Assembly (NCBI GenBank): GCA_036172245.1
Contig: JAYWIR010000023.1
Coordinates: 806,001 to 870,000 of the forward strand
Reading direction: 5' to 3'
DNA length: 64,000 nucleotides
DNA from: Raillietiella orientalis
Lineage: Eukaryota
The notes below the pieces were generated by a model. The model searched no databases and had not been told where the DNA came from. It was given only the letters and a program-made list of their open reading frames with translations. Numbering within the stretch: the stretch's first letter is position 1; the number at the start of each line of letters is the position of its first letter. This document shows, piece after piece, positions 53,350-64,000 of the stretch. The position numbers and the translations under genes are program-made.

Positions 53350-55300
53350 GCTCATGGGCAGCTCAAACCCGAATTTCGTGAATTTTCATGATTCGCTTAA
53401 CATTCCTTATGCTTTCCCTCCTTCCCGTATTACAGGCATGAGGTTCGATGGATGCGGACGTGGGATAGTTAAAATCACGGTGGCAGTAAGGGAATGTCAA
53501 GAGGAAGGAGGAAGAACGCCTGCGGGGTTACCGAGAATAGGTACTGAAAGGTTGTAGAAGCCATCCTGAGCGCTTCTGTGAAAAATTTGTCTTCCGAAAG
53601 AAATCAGAGTGCCTACGGAGATAGCCGAAAGTTCCGATCTCGACACAGAAGTCATGTTCAGGTCTCTCCTCGGAACAGCCACCGCTTGGAAATCGGAAAC
53701 CTCGAGGGATTTTCGAGCGCATCATTTTGTCCTTCCTCAGCCTCTAAATTTCGTACATCTGATTTTGAGGAAAGAACGGATCGCCTTCGAAATTTCTTTT
53801 GATGCTTGGGGTGCAGAGAAACTCCCGCGTAATTTGTGCAGATGCGAGACCTTGATCGATCCTATTTACTTCACTTTACCTCATTCCATTACAATTTTTC
53901 CATCGCTTCCTCCGTTAGCTCCTGGACGGAGGGTTCTTTTATCAATATGGTAATCTGGTGATCTGAATTTACTGACTTTGGTTACTCTCAAGAAGTCACC
54001 TAATCCGAAATTCTTGCCTCGTTCAGATTCGGTCTCTACGTATAGAAGTGATGATGATCATCTTCTGATGATTTCATTATTTAGTAGAGCGCCTGCAATA
54101 TTTTCAGCAAACATCTTACGCCCGATTTATGATTCCCCGCCTAGTCCGGCCAACCGGGACTTTCGTCGGTCCAGCTCCTGCTTCCTTCACTTTCAGCACG
54201 AGATTTTAGTTTCAGGGCACGAAATGGGCAGGCAGCCCACAAGATGGGATCGGACAGTAAACACTGGTAGCGTGTGGACTGGTAGCCATGTCTCCTTCGT
54301 TCGACTCTGGAAGAGGTGGTTGTCTTAGGCACGGTCCCTTCTTGAACGTCTCAGAAAGATTGCCCATTCAATCCGCGTGCCGTCATGATCTTCTGTGGGA
54401 ATGGTCGGTTTCATTGCGCAGGTCTCACCTCGTTATGCACTTCGTGCATTTTCTCAAAGAAAAAGTCGAATGCAGAGGGTGCAGAGTGTGATGTCTGGTC
54501 TCGACTGCTTCATCTTAAATGGAAATTTTTTGTAAGCAGTGTCCTCGCAAAAAGCGAGAGTAGCGTGGAGCAAGGAGCAGGAGTAGTGACTGCTCGCTGC
54601 GCTGAACCATTCTTTGCCAATGCTTTCAGTCAACCTGCACGTTTGCACACCCCCAAGAGTTTCTGATTTCCTCTTCTTGACAGTCTGTCTATTTGACAGT
54701 CGAAATTTCAGAGGTCCAAGCCGAAAGCCAAAAAAGTAAGTTTCAGGTGCCCTCTCATCCAGAGTCAGGGAAGACAAATCCATGTTCATTAGGTATTCTC
54801 TGCTTGTACAAGTTGAGCTTTCGTTTTGAAGGCTGTTGATGATCGCTCATCCTCTTCCTCCCTTTTATTCCAGAGCTGACCATCTAGCTTTCAGGATGCT
54901 TGCAAGGAAGATATTACAGTCGCCTGAATGTCATCTGAAGTTGTTGTTCACTGACAACTACAGTGGAATGAACCGTACAGGAACAAACAAAATCGGAACA
55001 CTGAAAATCTCTTTATGACGTCATTGGCCCAGCAGACAGCTGCAGCAGACATTCGTAGCTGTTTAGTCTACGGAAATCGTCGTCCAAGAAGATGCCGGGA
55101 AAGAAATTCCACTTCCCACGTACTAGTGAGTCTGGTCGGCCTCACAGCATGTTTACTTGGATCTGGAAAGAAAGATCCGAAACGATCTTCCAGTCACAGC
55201 TGACGATGGCAGCTTTCAGTGGGGCGTCAACGAGTCCTAGAACATTTTCAAGGACTCCAACAACTGACAATGCCTACAGCCTGTGATACTTCACGTTAAT
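53350..55300 (+). pseudogene. degraded PPR remnant
   Basis: NPNFVNF, FVSSVLAKSESSVEQGAGV and QQTFVAV*STEIVVQEDAGKEI resemble TF.SVL.AC.....LEQGK.IH. Confidence 0.4.
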
Positions 55301-55999
55301 CTCGAGCACAAATTCAGGACGCGAAATCTTTCTTCCTTGTCACGGCAAGGCATCTCCAGCTGAAAGATGGGACCAATCCGAGCTCCTGAGATACTCATTC
55401 TGGGAAGAGGGAATGAGATACTTGAATAGATCCAGCAGTGGGCTGGTGGTCGTCAAAAAAATGGGCATTACTTTGCAAAACTCGCGGAGTCCACTTCCCA
55501 AGAAGGACTCGATTCATTTTGCGAAAAATGCATCGACACGAACACACAAGGAAGTTGTCTGCGACCGAATTCTCATTAAAAAGCGTCTGCATGCAATGCG
55601 GGGACAAAGGCCATGCGATCGCAAGAACACCCAAGTGAAACGCGGGCCTCCTCTGCGAAAGGTAAACGAAGTCTGTCCTCACCACAATGGACAGACATCA
55701 GAAAGCACAGACAGACATTCGCATCTTCATCGTAACCGAATCACCCAGTATCACCCGCTCAATCACCCTTTGCTCTTGATCATCTCTCGTGAAACCATCA
55801 GAAAGAGCACATCTGAAGTGCTCATACCATGAAAATTTTCTTTCTTCGCGGGTTGCTGCTGCTGTTGCTGCCGGTTGAATTTCGTGCAAAAACAAGAACT
55901 GCCTTCTCTTAGAGACTCGGAAACAAGGTGAAGCTCTGGAGATAAAAATCCCTGGAAATTCACTCATACAGACTAAGAAACAAGTTCAAAAGACGTGAT

Positions 56000-58080
56000 C
56001 GTGGTTCCGAGGTGGTAGTTCTCTGTGTCGGAAACTAAAGCTAAACGATGGGCTTCGCTGATTTCACGGAAGAAGCTGTATGCGTATCGTACCATTTATC
56101 ATGCATCTGTGCGTCATGGTTTTAATTTACAGTCATTTCTCATCCAAGGAAACTTCCGAATGGATCTTTTCAGAAAGCTGAGGAAACACCACCGGCACCC
56201 CAAATGGCGATGTTTGTTGAACAAATGCTGAAAACTTCCGAGATAACCTTCCCCTAACATGGATGATAAATAACTAACGAAGATTCGTAGGCAGCTGGTA
56301 TCTGGAATGAAACCGCCTAATGTGTCTGAAAAGTATCTAAATATACTTATAATTAAGGAATGTAGGTATATCAGGAACCAGTCAAGGGATCCAAATACAC
56401 TTTTCCATAATATGTGTTCTAAATGCCCTTGAAAACTGAGAAAGCAGACTGGGAAACTATTCAAGCACATGCAGTGAACTGCAGTCAATCATGGAATGCA
56501 TTTGCTCGGTGAGCTACAAAGAAAAGAAAAATTTCCAAGTCAAAGAGGAATCCAGTGGTTTCATTTTTTATTCAAAAATCTTCATGAATTTCAATGGGCG
56601 TCTGCATGCCACATGAATCAGAGATCAGCAAGCAATAGCAAGAAATCAAGTGAAACCAAGCAGAGATTTCATTCCTCCTCCAAAAAGTCGAAATGGAAAC
56701 GGAAACGAACAACGAAGTTGAAATTGTGTTCTGACGACTGACACAGGCAGCAGATGAAGGATACCTTCCGTGTAAAACCGTGTAAAAGATCTGAAAATAT
56801 CTGTAGCAATTTTTTTTCCCCAAATTAAAAGTGGATGTAGCTTGTGATCAGCACATGTTTTCGATTCCCTTGACTTCTCCTGCCAATGGTTCACATCTGC
56901 AACTCATTCGTCAGCAGGGGAAGCTAGTTACACACTCTCTCTCCCTCGTCCCCACAGACACTGATTTTGGGGGATTAACCCCCGTTTCTCCGCATCGCAT
57001 CTTCTTCAGCTGGTCAGCACACGGTGATCATTCATGGAATTGGCGCAGCGACTCACAGACTGAGGCTTAGCAGCTGATCAGTTGAATCCTGGGTGTTTCA
57101 GGGAGCACGGACTGGCATTACTCAAGAGTCCCATTCTGCATTTGTCTTGATCAAACAAGATGAACTCCAAATGAACTGCAGGGAGTGACGGTTCCTGTTT
57201 CAGAAAGATGACCACGAGCGGCTTCGTCGATGCAATCCATGGATCCTAATTTCTCCATTTATCTAAAACGATCTCGAGGCAGCAATATATTTGCATATGC
57301 TCGAAACTCGAGAATCGATGGGAGCTTCTGAATTCTTGCACATCTGCTTCCCTCTCGAGTCAGAGGACAGCTAAGAACTTACTCAGGGTACTCGACGGAA
57401 AAAGAGATTAGTGATTTGTACGGATACAAGAGCGATGAGAATCTCATATTGCTTGCATTCTTTTGCTCTTTCAGGTGAATTCTCCATACAAGAATGGATG
57501 TATAGATTCAAGCAATCAAGTACAATCAGGTACTGACTCTCCGTAATGATTCCAGAGAACGGAATTCAGCGTCCACGTTTATCTGAAAAGCAGTGTGAGA
57601 AAAGAAAGCAGCAAGTTTTCACTCTTTTCAGAAATGATTGGCCCTTCTAGGATTGGATTGAGTCACTGTTTGTGTGAAAGGATTCACCCTTTCGAACTGA
57701 AACGGGCAGAAATTTACGAAGAGCTGTCGAACGGGTTCTAGTCTGGAGCAGCCCTTGCCACACAGAGAACTATAAAAGACTGCTTATAATAAAAGACCTC
57801 CTGAAGGTGGCGAAAACAAGACCCTACCTTGTGGAAGCATTTGCTCCGGGGTGTGATCACTGGGTCGTTTCAGTGTGTAAAAGCGATGAGGAATCTTTGC
57901 TCCAAAGTATTCCTCAACATGAGATTTCCTTGAGAAGAACTGCCCCAAAGCCACAGACTTTTGCGATTTATTTGGCTTTATCTTCGTTCGCCTTTGAATT
58001 ACATTCTTTTAACAAGTTGTATAAGCATACTGCAGCCTCAGCCAAAGTGTGGACTATTTGCTGTTCTTATCTGATGAGAT
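56000..58080 (+). pseudogene. degraded PPR remnant ending in an E-like region
   Basis: DLFRKLRKHHRHPK..LLNKC, NTLFHNMCSKCP*KLRKQTGKLFKHM, IFAYARNSRI and APGCDHWVVSVCKSDEESLLQSIP. Confidence 0.45.
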
Positions 58081-59664
58081 AGACGGAATGCCTTTTTTTT
58101 TGTCAGCAAATTCCGTGATTATAAGAGCACGAGTCGTGAAACACGTAGGCGGAAGCCCTACCACTGTTCCTCGCATTATCCCCTACGTAACCGACTGATG
58201 GGAAAATGCGTGGAGCCAAGCATCTCCGATTAATGCAACCCGCACTGCAATCGAATGCTAAGAATTGATCATTTGTAAGCATCGTCACCCACTCTTCGGT
58301 TCCTTTCGAGCCTTTTGGACTTTGAGTAGGAAACTTCTCAAGAGTTTCAACAAGAGTTCTATTGATAGTGTACAGGGAAATTTGACGGTATAACTGAATC
58401 CAGAATCGATCGTGTTTTTAAAATGCGCCATCCAGAGCTCCTCAGAATGTTCGCAACATCTGTGTTTTCTCAAGTGTGCTATCTCTTTCCAAATTTGTTT
58501 GAAGAATTTAGTTTTCGACTGTCTTCTATCGCTGGATCTTCTCATTTCCATGATTCTCAATGGACGATCTTGTATCTTGGTTCAAGTTCTCCCTTTTTCT
58601 CAACTCTCCTGCCTTCGGATGATGAGTATTCCCTTTTCCTTCGGTTACCACCAACACCTATATCTTAACTTCTATCATCACAAATGACTGCAAATGAACT
58701 TCAAATTCAATGTAGGTTGCATGACTGGGGGAGCAGTTCCGTTTCTCAAGTAGAGCTCTTCGTTCATCCTCCTTGGCAACTCTTGAACAGCTGAAGCTCT
58801 CCGAATCATCGTGACCTCAAAGTTGTTATTAACAGTTGTTGTTGTTTTTTTAAATATCAGGTTTCTCCAACGAGTCTACCTACCATTCATAGATTTTTCC
58901 TAGTCCTGCATTCCTTTTCTCGGTACCGCACGTCCCTTTCCCCTTTTCAGTCAGTTTGTTTGCACAATTCAAAACAGAGAGCACAGAAATCTCTTCCATG
59001 TTTGGTTTGATGCCTGTCGAATGTGGATTCTTCTCTGGAAGCGCCTTCGTTCACCACTCGTCTTGCGACCGCGAAATCGACACCGTGAGCAGCGCTGCCA
59101 ATATGTGGTGCCGTTCCTCTGAGTTCAGGAGTGACCTTAAAGGAGAGTTCGCGAAGAGTTGTTGCAGAGGCTGGAAAATTCTTGAAAGAATATCCATCAT
59201 CTGGTAATGCTTCCTGCTTTCGGTCAAACTGACTTGCGAGAACACATCGTTTTAAATACTGTGAGGAGAGATGGAAACTGCAGAGCCAAATCTTCCCATC
59301 CCCTTGACGGGGAAACGAAGTTTGTGGAGATGTCGCATCTGAGAGAGGGAAAGCTTTCAGATCTCGATTCCGAAAGCAGATGGGTTTGTGGGATGGGTTT
59401 GATTGCAGACATAGGCAGAGATCGAGACAAAGACCTCAGAGAGGACGTGATCCGAAAGGAGACCATCCCACCTGAAGTCCGCCGAACAAGGACGGAACAA
59501 GCGTAAGGAGGCCAACCGGTGTGACCTAACGTTTCGCTGCATCCGATGGAGAGAGCTCGAAGGAAGAGTCCGAAGTATCCAGCAGGTTTGCGGGAAATTT
59601 TCTTGAAGGCATTTCGGGCACGAGCTGCAAGTGCTTCGAGAGTGCACAAAAGGAACACGAAATC

Positions 59665-60285
59665 GAAATCCCTTTGGGACTTTCCTGTTTTCGCTGCTTT
59701 CAGCTTTTTTTCTCTTCGGGTTTTCTTTTTTTTTGGTTCGCGAAGTACTGAGGAACCTCTGCCTCTTCAGGGAGGACTCACGAAGCTCTTTCGCACTTGT
59801 CCACGTCGCCCGAGAATGCGTGCAACAAGGTCGTGGGGTTACCCCGGAAGGACCAGCCTATGAATCCAGAAACTCCAGAGGGAACCCTTGCCCTGGTTCT
59901 CTCCGGAGGGGTCCCACAGAGGGAGAGCACTCCTCGTTTCTTCTCTGAAGGGATACCGGAAAGGATCCGCTCATGAATTTCTTCTCCGGAGGAACCCGCA
60001 AGGGAACCACTCCTCGTCTCCTCCTCCTCTGAAGACAATCCCGAAGGGACGCTTCCCCATGTCTCTGGAGGGTGCTCCTCGAAGTGAGCAGCTCCCTTCT
60101 TGAAACCCTGGAGAGGTGACCCTCCGAGGGGGGTATCAACCGGATCCGTGGTACGCGATGAAGGGTGCCTCCCCGAGGGGGCAGACGGCTCCATTTTCAC
60201 ACCTGGAGTCGGGGGAACCTCGAAGGAAACTGGGGCTCCATGATGTCCTGGGAAGACCCCGGAAGATCCATTTCCGATCCTGACC
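59665..60285. repeat. dispersed repeat family R1 (left flank of LINE copy B)
   Basis: gaaatccc..ttttcgctgctttc..T-tract..ggttcgcgaagtactgaggaacc, cctatgaatcc, subunit array, ending ggaagaccccggaagatccatttccgatcc. Confidence 0.85.
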
Positions 60286-60289
60286 GGTC

Positions 60290-62202
60290 AACAAGGGCAT
60301 ACGGGGGTTTCTGGCTTTCACCCTTATGTCCCAACACGCCTGCTATCTTAGCATACGTGGACGATCTTCTGCTGTTGCTCCCCATGTTCACCCTGGAATG
60401 CGCACTCGACGGCTTCTTCGAGCTGCTCAGTCTTGGGACGGACCTGGTGGTGAACAAAGCGAAGTCGTCTGTGGTTCCCGTTGGTGCGGCGTAGGCAGGG
60501 CGGCAGGGCTGGATCCACCTGGGGATCCCTATTATTCAGTGCTTAAAGTACCTGGGCGTTCCGTTGGGGGAATTCTGCTCCGCAGAAGCACACAGGTTCG
60601 ACCGTCTTCAAAAAGCACTGCAGGCGCTCAGCCCGTTCCAAAGAGGCAGGTTTTATCTGCCGGAACAGGCCGCGATGTGGAACACGTTTGTGGCCCCCCT
60701 GCTCAGCCCCTTGCTTTTTGCTTGCCCCCGCCATGCAGCATTAGAAAGCAGACAAAGGACCTTCTCTGGATCGCCCTCTGGGGCAAAGGGATACCCCGAG
60801 TCCTCCTAAAGGACTTGTGTGCTCTGAGCTGGGACGGTGGCCTAGGCCTCCTGAGTCCTTCCCAGCAGTCTCACGCTGAAGCGAATCGAGCTGCAGCTCC
60901 AGTTCCGAACACTGGCCCTCATGGAAAAATTATGGAGCACCACCTATTGCCAACCTGCAAGTCTCCTTGTCCAGCAAGCCACCGGGAGCGTGTAACTCGC
61001 GTCCTTCCTTGCGGGTCGTCCCCGCAGTCTCAAGCACTGCGGACTGCACTTCGGCAGGTAGCCACGCTGGCCAGGAAGGACGGATGGATCTCGTGCCGCC
61101 TAGAGAACGGCAATGGTTTCAGGGAACCATTCGCATGTGGGGGAGGATCCAGGAGCTAAGCGCGGAGCAGGTGCGACGTTTCCTGTACGCGCATAGCAAC
61201 AACGCACAAGGAGCACAACGCACAACTGCACGCTCAAGGAGACTCTGGAAGATCCCGCGGAGAGTGCATGGAACCTCCCTCGTCGCAACACTGCCCTTCC
61301 TTAGGGAGCACATAGGCAGCAGCCTTAAGTCCTGATGGGAGGTTCTGTGGAAATCTCCTGAAGGAGAAAAGGACTGGGAGAGTGATGACGGGCCAGCTCA
61401 CTGACGCTGCAACCCCGAGTGCTCGACCTCGTTGACTTTAGCTCTGGGTCGTGCTACTGGGTCTTCCGGAGGAAGACCTGCAGTGGCCACCAATCCTCAT
61501 GAACACCCGCACCCTCCCCTTAAAGTGGCAGGAGTCGGCATTGATGCTGCTGCACTGGGCCTCCCGTGCAACGCCCGCCGGCGTCAGCGGACTTCACGAG
61601 GATGTGTGGATCCAAACTGCACACGGTGCGGGGAGCGGGAATCCCTTCTGCACCTTAGTGGACTGTGCTGCCCTCCGGACCCTTTGAAAATGCTTTGCCC
61701 TTGGAACTCCCGGCAGCAACGCCAGAGATGTTTTAAAGCGCCTCTTCCTGAGCGACACACTCATGCCTGGCGTATCCCCGGCAGCACTTTGCTACTCACG
61801 CGGTGGTATCGTGGTTGCATGGAGCAATGCCAGAGAATGCCAGAACGACAGAGATGCCATCTATTGCTGTCCTTTTCATGAGGACAGCGTCAAGATGGCC
61901 CCATCTGGGAATCATAAAACAGGAAACTTGCCGGCATCCTTACAAGGATGCAGAGGACGCCCTCCAGCACGCAGTGATCCCTTCCCAAACCTCCCCCCTC
62001 CCCCTCTTTCTTTTTTTTTTTTGACTGTTTTGTTTTTGTTTTATTTTTTTCTTTCTGTTTGTCTCCCCTTCCCCTGTGCTGCCGAGGCAAAGCCTGCTGG
62101 TCTGCGTGGCAGATCCCGGCAGGTTCCTTTTCGTATTCATAAGTAACGTGGCAGGATCAAACGATCTGCCACAGACGTGTGTGTTTATTTTTTATAAATA
62201 AA
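60290..62202 (+). mobile_element. 5'-truncated, frameshifted L1/Tx1-like LINE (RT C-terminus, thumb, zf-RVT-like CxxC-H-C, 3'UTR), copy B
   Basis: ILAYVDDLLLL (YVDD 60354-60365), LVVNKAKS, KYLGVPL (60546-60566), LCALSWDGGLGL (GGLGL 60836-60850) and CTRCGERESLLHLSGLC (from 61618). Confidence 0.9.
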
Positions 62203-62388
62203 CGCCCGGAATGACCGGGTGTGAACCAGTGCCGCCCCCGAAGCCTACAGTCTAACTGAAGTCATCCTGCCGGAGGTTCTTGAAACCCACTACGCATCCC
62301 CCATTGTCGCTGTGGATCCTCCACGCGGGGATTCGAACCCGCAACGCTTGGTGCCTCCATGCTCGGAGGCCTCAGCCACACGGTCGCT
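62203..62388 (-). mobile_element. tRNA-derived SINE-like head and body
   Basis: Minus strand agcgaccgtgTGGCTGAGGcc...ccaagcgttgcgGGTTCGAATCCccgcgtggag (B-box at 62329-62339); close to the 35697 copy. Confidence 0.72.
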
Positions 62389-62399
62389 CAATTCGTGCT

Positions 62400-64000
62400 A
62401 CAGAACAGTCTATAGGACACTGCACGGGAACTTCACCAAAGGAGGCGTTGCAATTCTGCCGTGGACTCGCGGGTGTCGTGAGAATGGTCTCCCATAGAGC
62501 TCTATAGTCGGAACAGGACAACAGATCCTCCTCGATAGTCGCAATCCTGAACGCATTCCAGAGCAGGCCAAAAGCGGAAGCGAATGGAGAGGATGCGACC
62601 TTTGCTATGGGCGCAGACTTCGAGGAGCGCGCCATCCTGGAAGCACGGGGGAAAAAAAACCGAGGGGGAAGGGAAGAGGGAGGGAAAGAAAGGGAGAAAG
62701 CACTTCGTAATTGCTGTGGTGATGACAGCGGAGTTGAGCTGGAAATCTGCTTGAACGGAACGTGATCACATCTTCGGATCACACGAGGAGTACTCCTCCT
62801 GAAGCTTCAATCCACGAAGGCAGACGCAGGATCCTCAAGTCAGAGTAAGAAGCAGCCAAGGAAGAAGAATCACACGAAGATTCGAGTGGGATACAGTGAA
62901 TCAGGGGGGAGGGAGTGGCTTTGGAGTTTTCCTTAGAGCATGAAGGGAGGTCGAAGGGAGCGAGGATCAATTTCGCATCCCCTGTCTCTTTGAATTCTGC
63001 ACACTGGAGAAAGAAAGAAGGAAAGGAAAGGAAGGAGGGAGGAGAACAGATTTTCTGGCATGAAATCACTCTGGGAACAGAAGTCGAGATGACTGAACCG
63101 GGGGTTCCTATGCAAAATGCTTGCGAAACACTCCCCCTTCAGGCTAAGGAACGTCTGCCGTAGAGGACGGTGATTCCCTTGTTTTCCAAATTTCCCTTTT
63201 CCCTAAAGGGAGGGCTTTCTAGTAGGAAGAGTGAACCACTACACGTTCTTCTGCTGGCCGAGCGTCTTAAAAGTCTGCACAGCATCCAAACAGCAGATGA
63301 GTGCGCCTTCAAAATGTTTTCAGTTAGCAGAGAAGATGCGGAAACCAATTTCAGTCACCCCTGTCGAGATCCCTCCCCAGATGAATCGAAAAGGTCAGAC
63401 TTGAAAGAAGCGGACATCAGCGATGAAAAGATCCAAGGATCACGCCCCTAGCGATTTTGAAACAGCAGCAAACAGGAACGATGCGAAAAGCAGGCTGGAT
63501 GCGCTCTGGCTTGCCTCCGGATGCTTTCTGAACGAGACCGAATCTCCCTGTCGAGTGGCCTTCCGTATCTGTTCATCACGGTCAGCTGCAGGACAGAAGA
63601 ACTCCAGGAGCTCGAATTGTTTAGAAGTTTCTCACTGGCCGCACGTTTAGGTCGATTCACCTCCAGAGATTACGACCCTCAGAAAGTCTTATCTGTCCCC
63701 GAGTTCATAGGAGTAGTTCATCGCTCGGGTCACGAAGGAGCTGGAAAAATTGGGCGCGGAGCGGCTCCAGTTCTCCGGTCTCCTCCACGCATGCTGCGAT
63801 GCTTCCTTCGACTTGCAGTCTAGAGGAAAGACGCCGTGGCAGAAAGGCGAAGAGGCCGAAATGCCGGCCCGCCAGTTCTCCGGGGATAACCAAGAGAGTC
63901 GAGCATTTTCGACGACTTTCCGAGGCGCTCTGATTCTTCTTTTTAAATTCCAGTCCACGGGGAATTCGCTGACAGTCCAGCGGTGCAGATGCTGGCGATG
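62400..64000 (-). pseudogene. degraded PLS-class PPR remnant
   Basis: IRAPRKVVENARLSW..WRAGISASSPFCHG, NILKAHSSAVWMLCRLLRRSASRRTCSGSLFLLESPPFREKGNLE and LLWNAF..LLSCSDYRALWE. Confidence 0.5.

Noticed and set aside
44739..62202. LTR retrotransposon with 44739-45380 and 61562-62202 as LTRs
   Set aside because: The repeat encodes a LINE-type zinc finger continuous with RT in copy B and has no TG..CA ends. I see no gag/pol/integrase in the 16-kb interior.
60290..62202. Retron, group II intron or DGR reverse-transcriptase system
   Set aside because: KYLGVPL, GGLGL and a C-terminal CxxC-H-C are non-LTR retrotransposon hallmarks; there is no prokaryotic gene organisation.
1..64000. DYW deaminase domain after any PPR remnant
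   Set aside because: I saw no HSEKLA, CxDCH or terminal DYW motif in the ORF track or the frames I read. An HMM search would be needed to exclude it.

Overview
Eukaryotic, land-plant-like nuclear DNA. I find no intact protein-coding gene, rRNA, true tRNA or CRISPR array in these 64 kb. Most of the window is a patchwork of badly degraded PLS/E-class PPR (pentatricopeptide repeat) remnants on both strands. These were recognised by eye from motif register only, so their boundaries are approximate. It also holds L1/Tx1-like non-LTR retrotransposon pieces (1-300 minus; 41590-43200 plus; 44739-45380 plus; 60290-62202 plus), three copies of a tRNA-derived SINE-like head (35697, 45569, 62388) and four copies of an unclassified repeat with internal ~40-50 bp subunits (here R1). 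Smaller features include a 35-bp palindromic minisatellite, several perfect hairpins and two exact duplications. The most interesting structure is the same three-part sandwich found twice: R1, then a 5'-truncated LINE, then an antisense tRNA-SINE head. The LINE parts are near-identical while the flanks are diverged, which suggests a sequence-specific LINE that targets a SINE. Caveat: the pervasive motif-like but garbled coding text, and exact copies whose identity fades at both edges, are also what a poor consensus or computationally generated sequence would show. Authenticity should be verified first.
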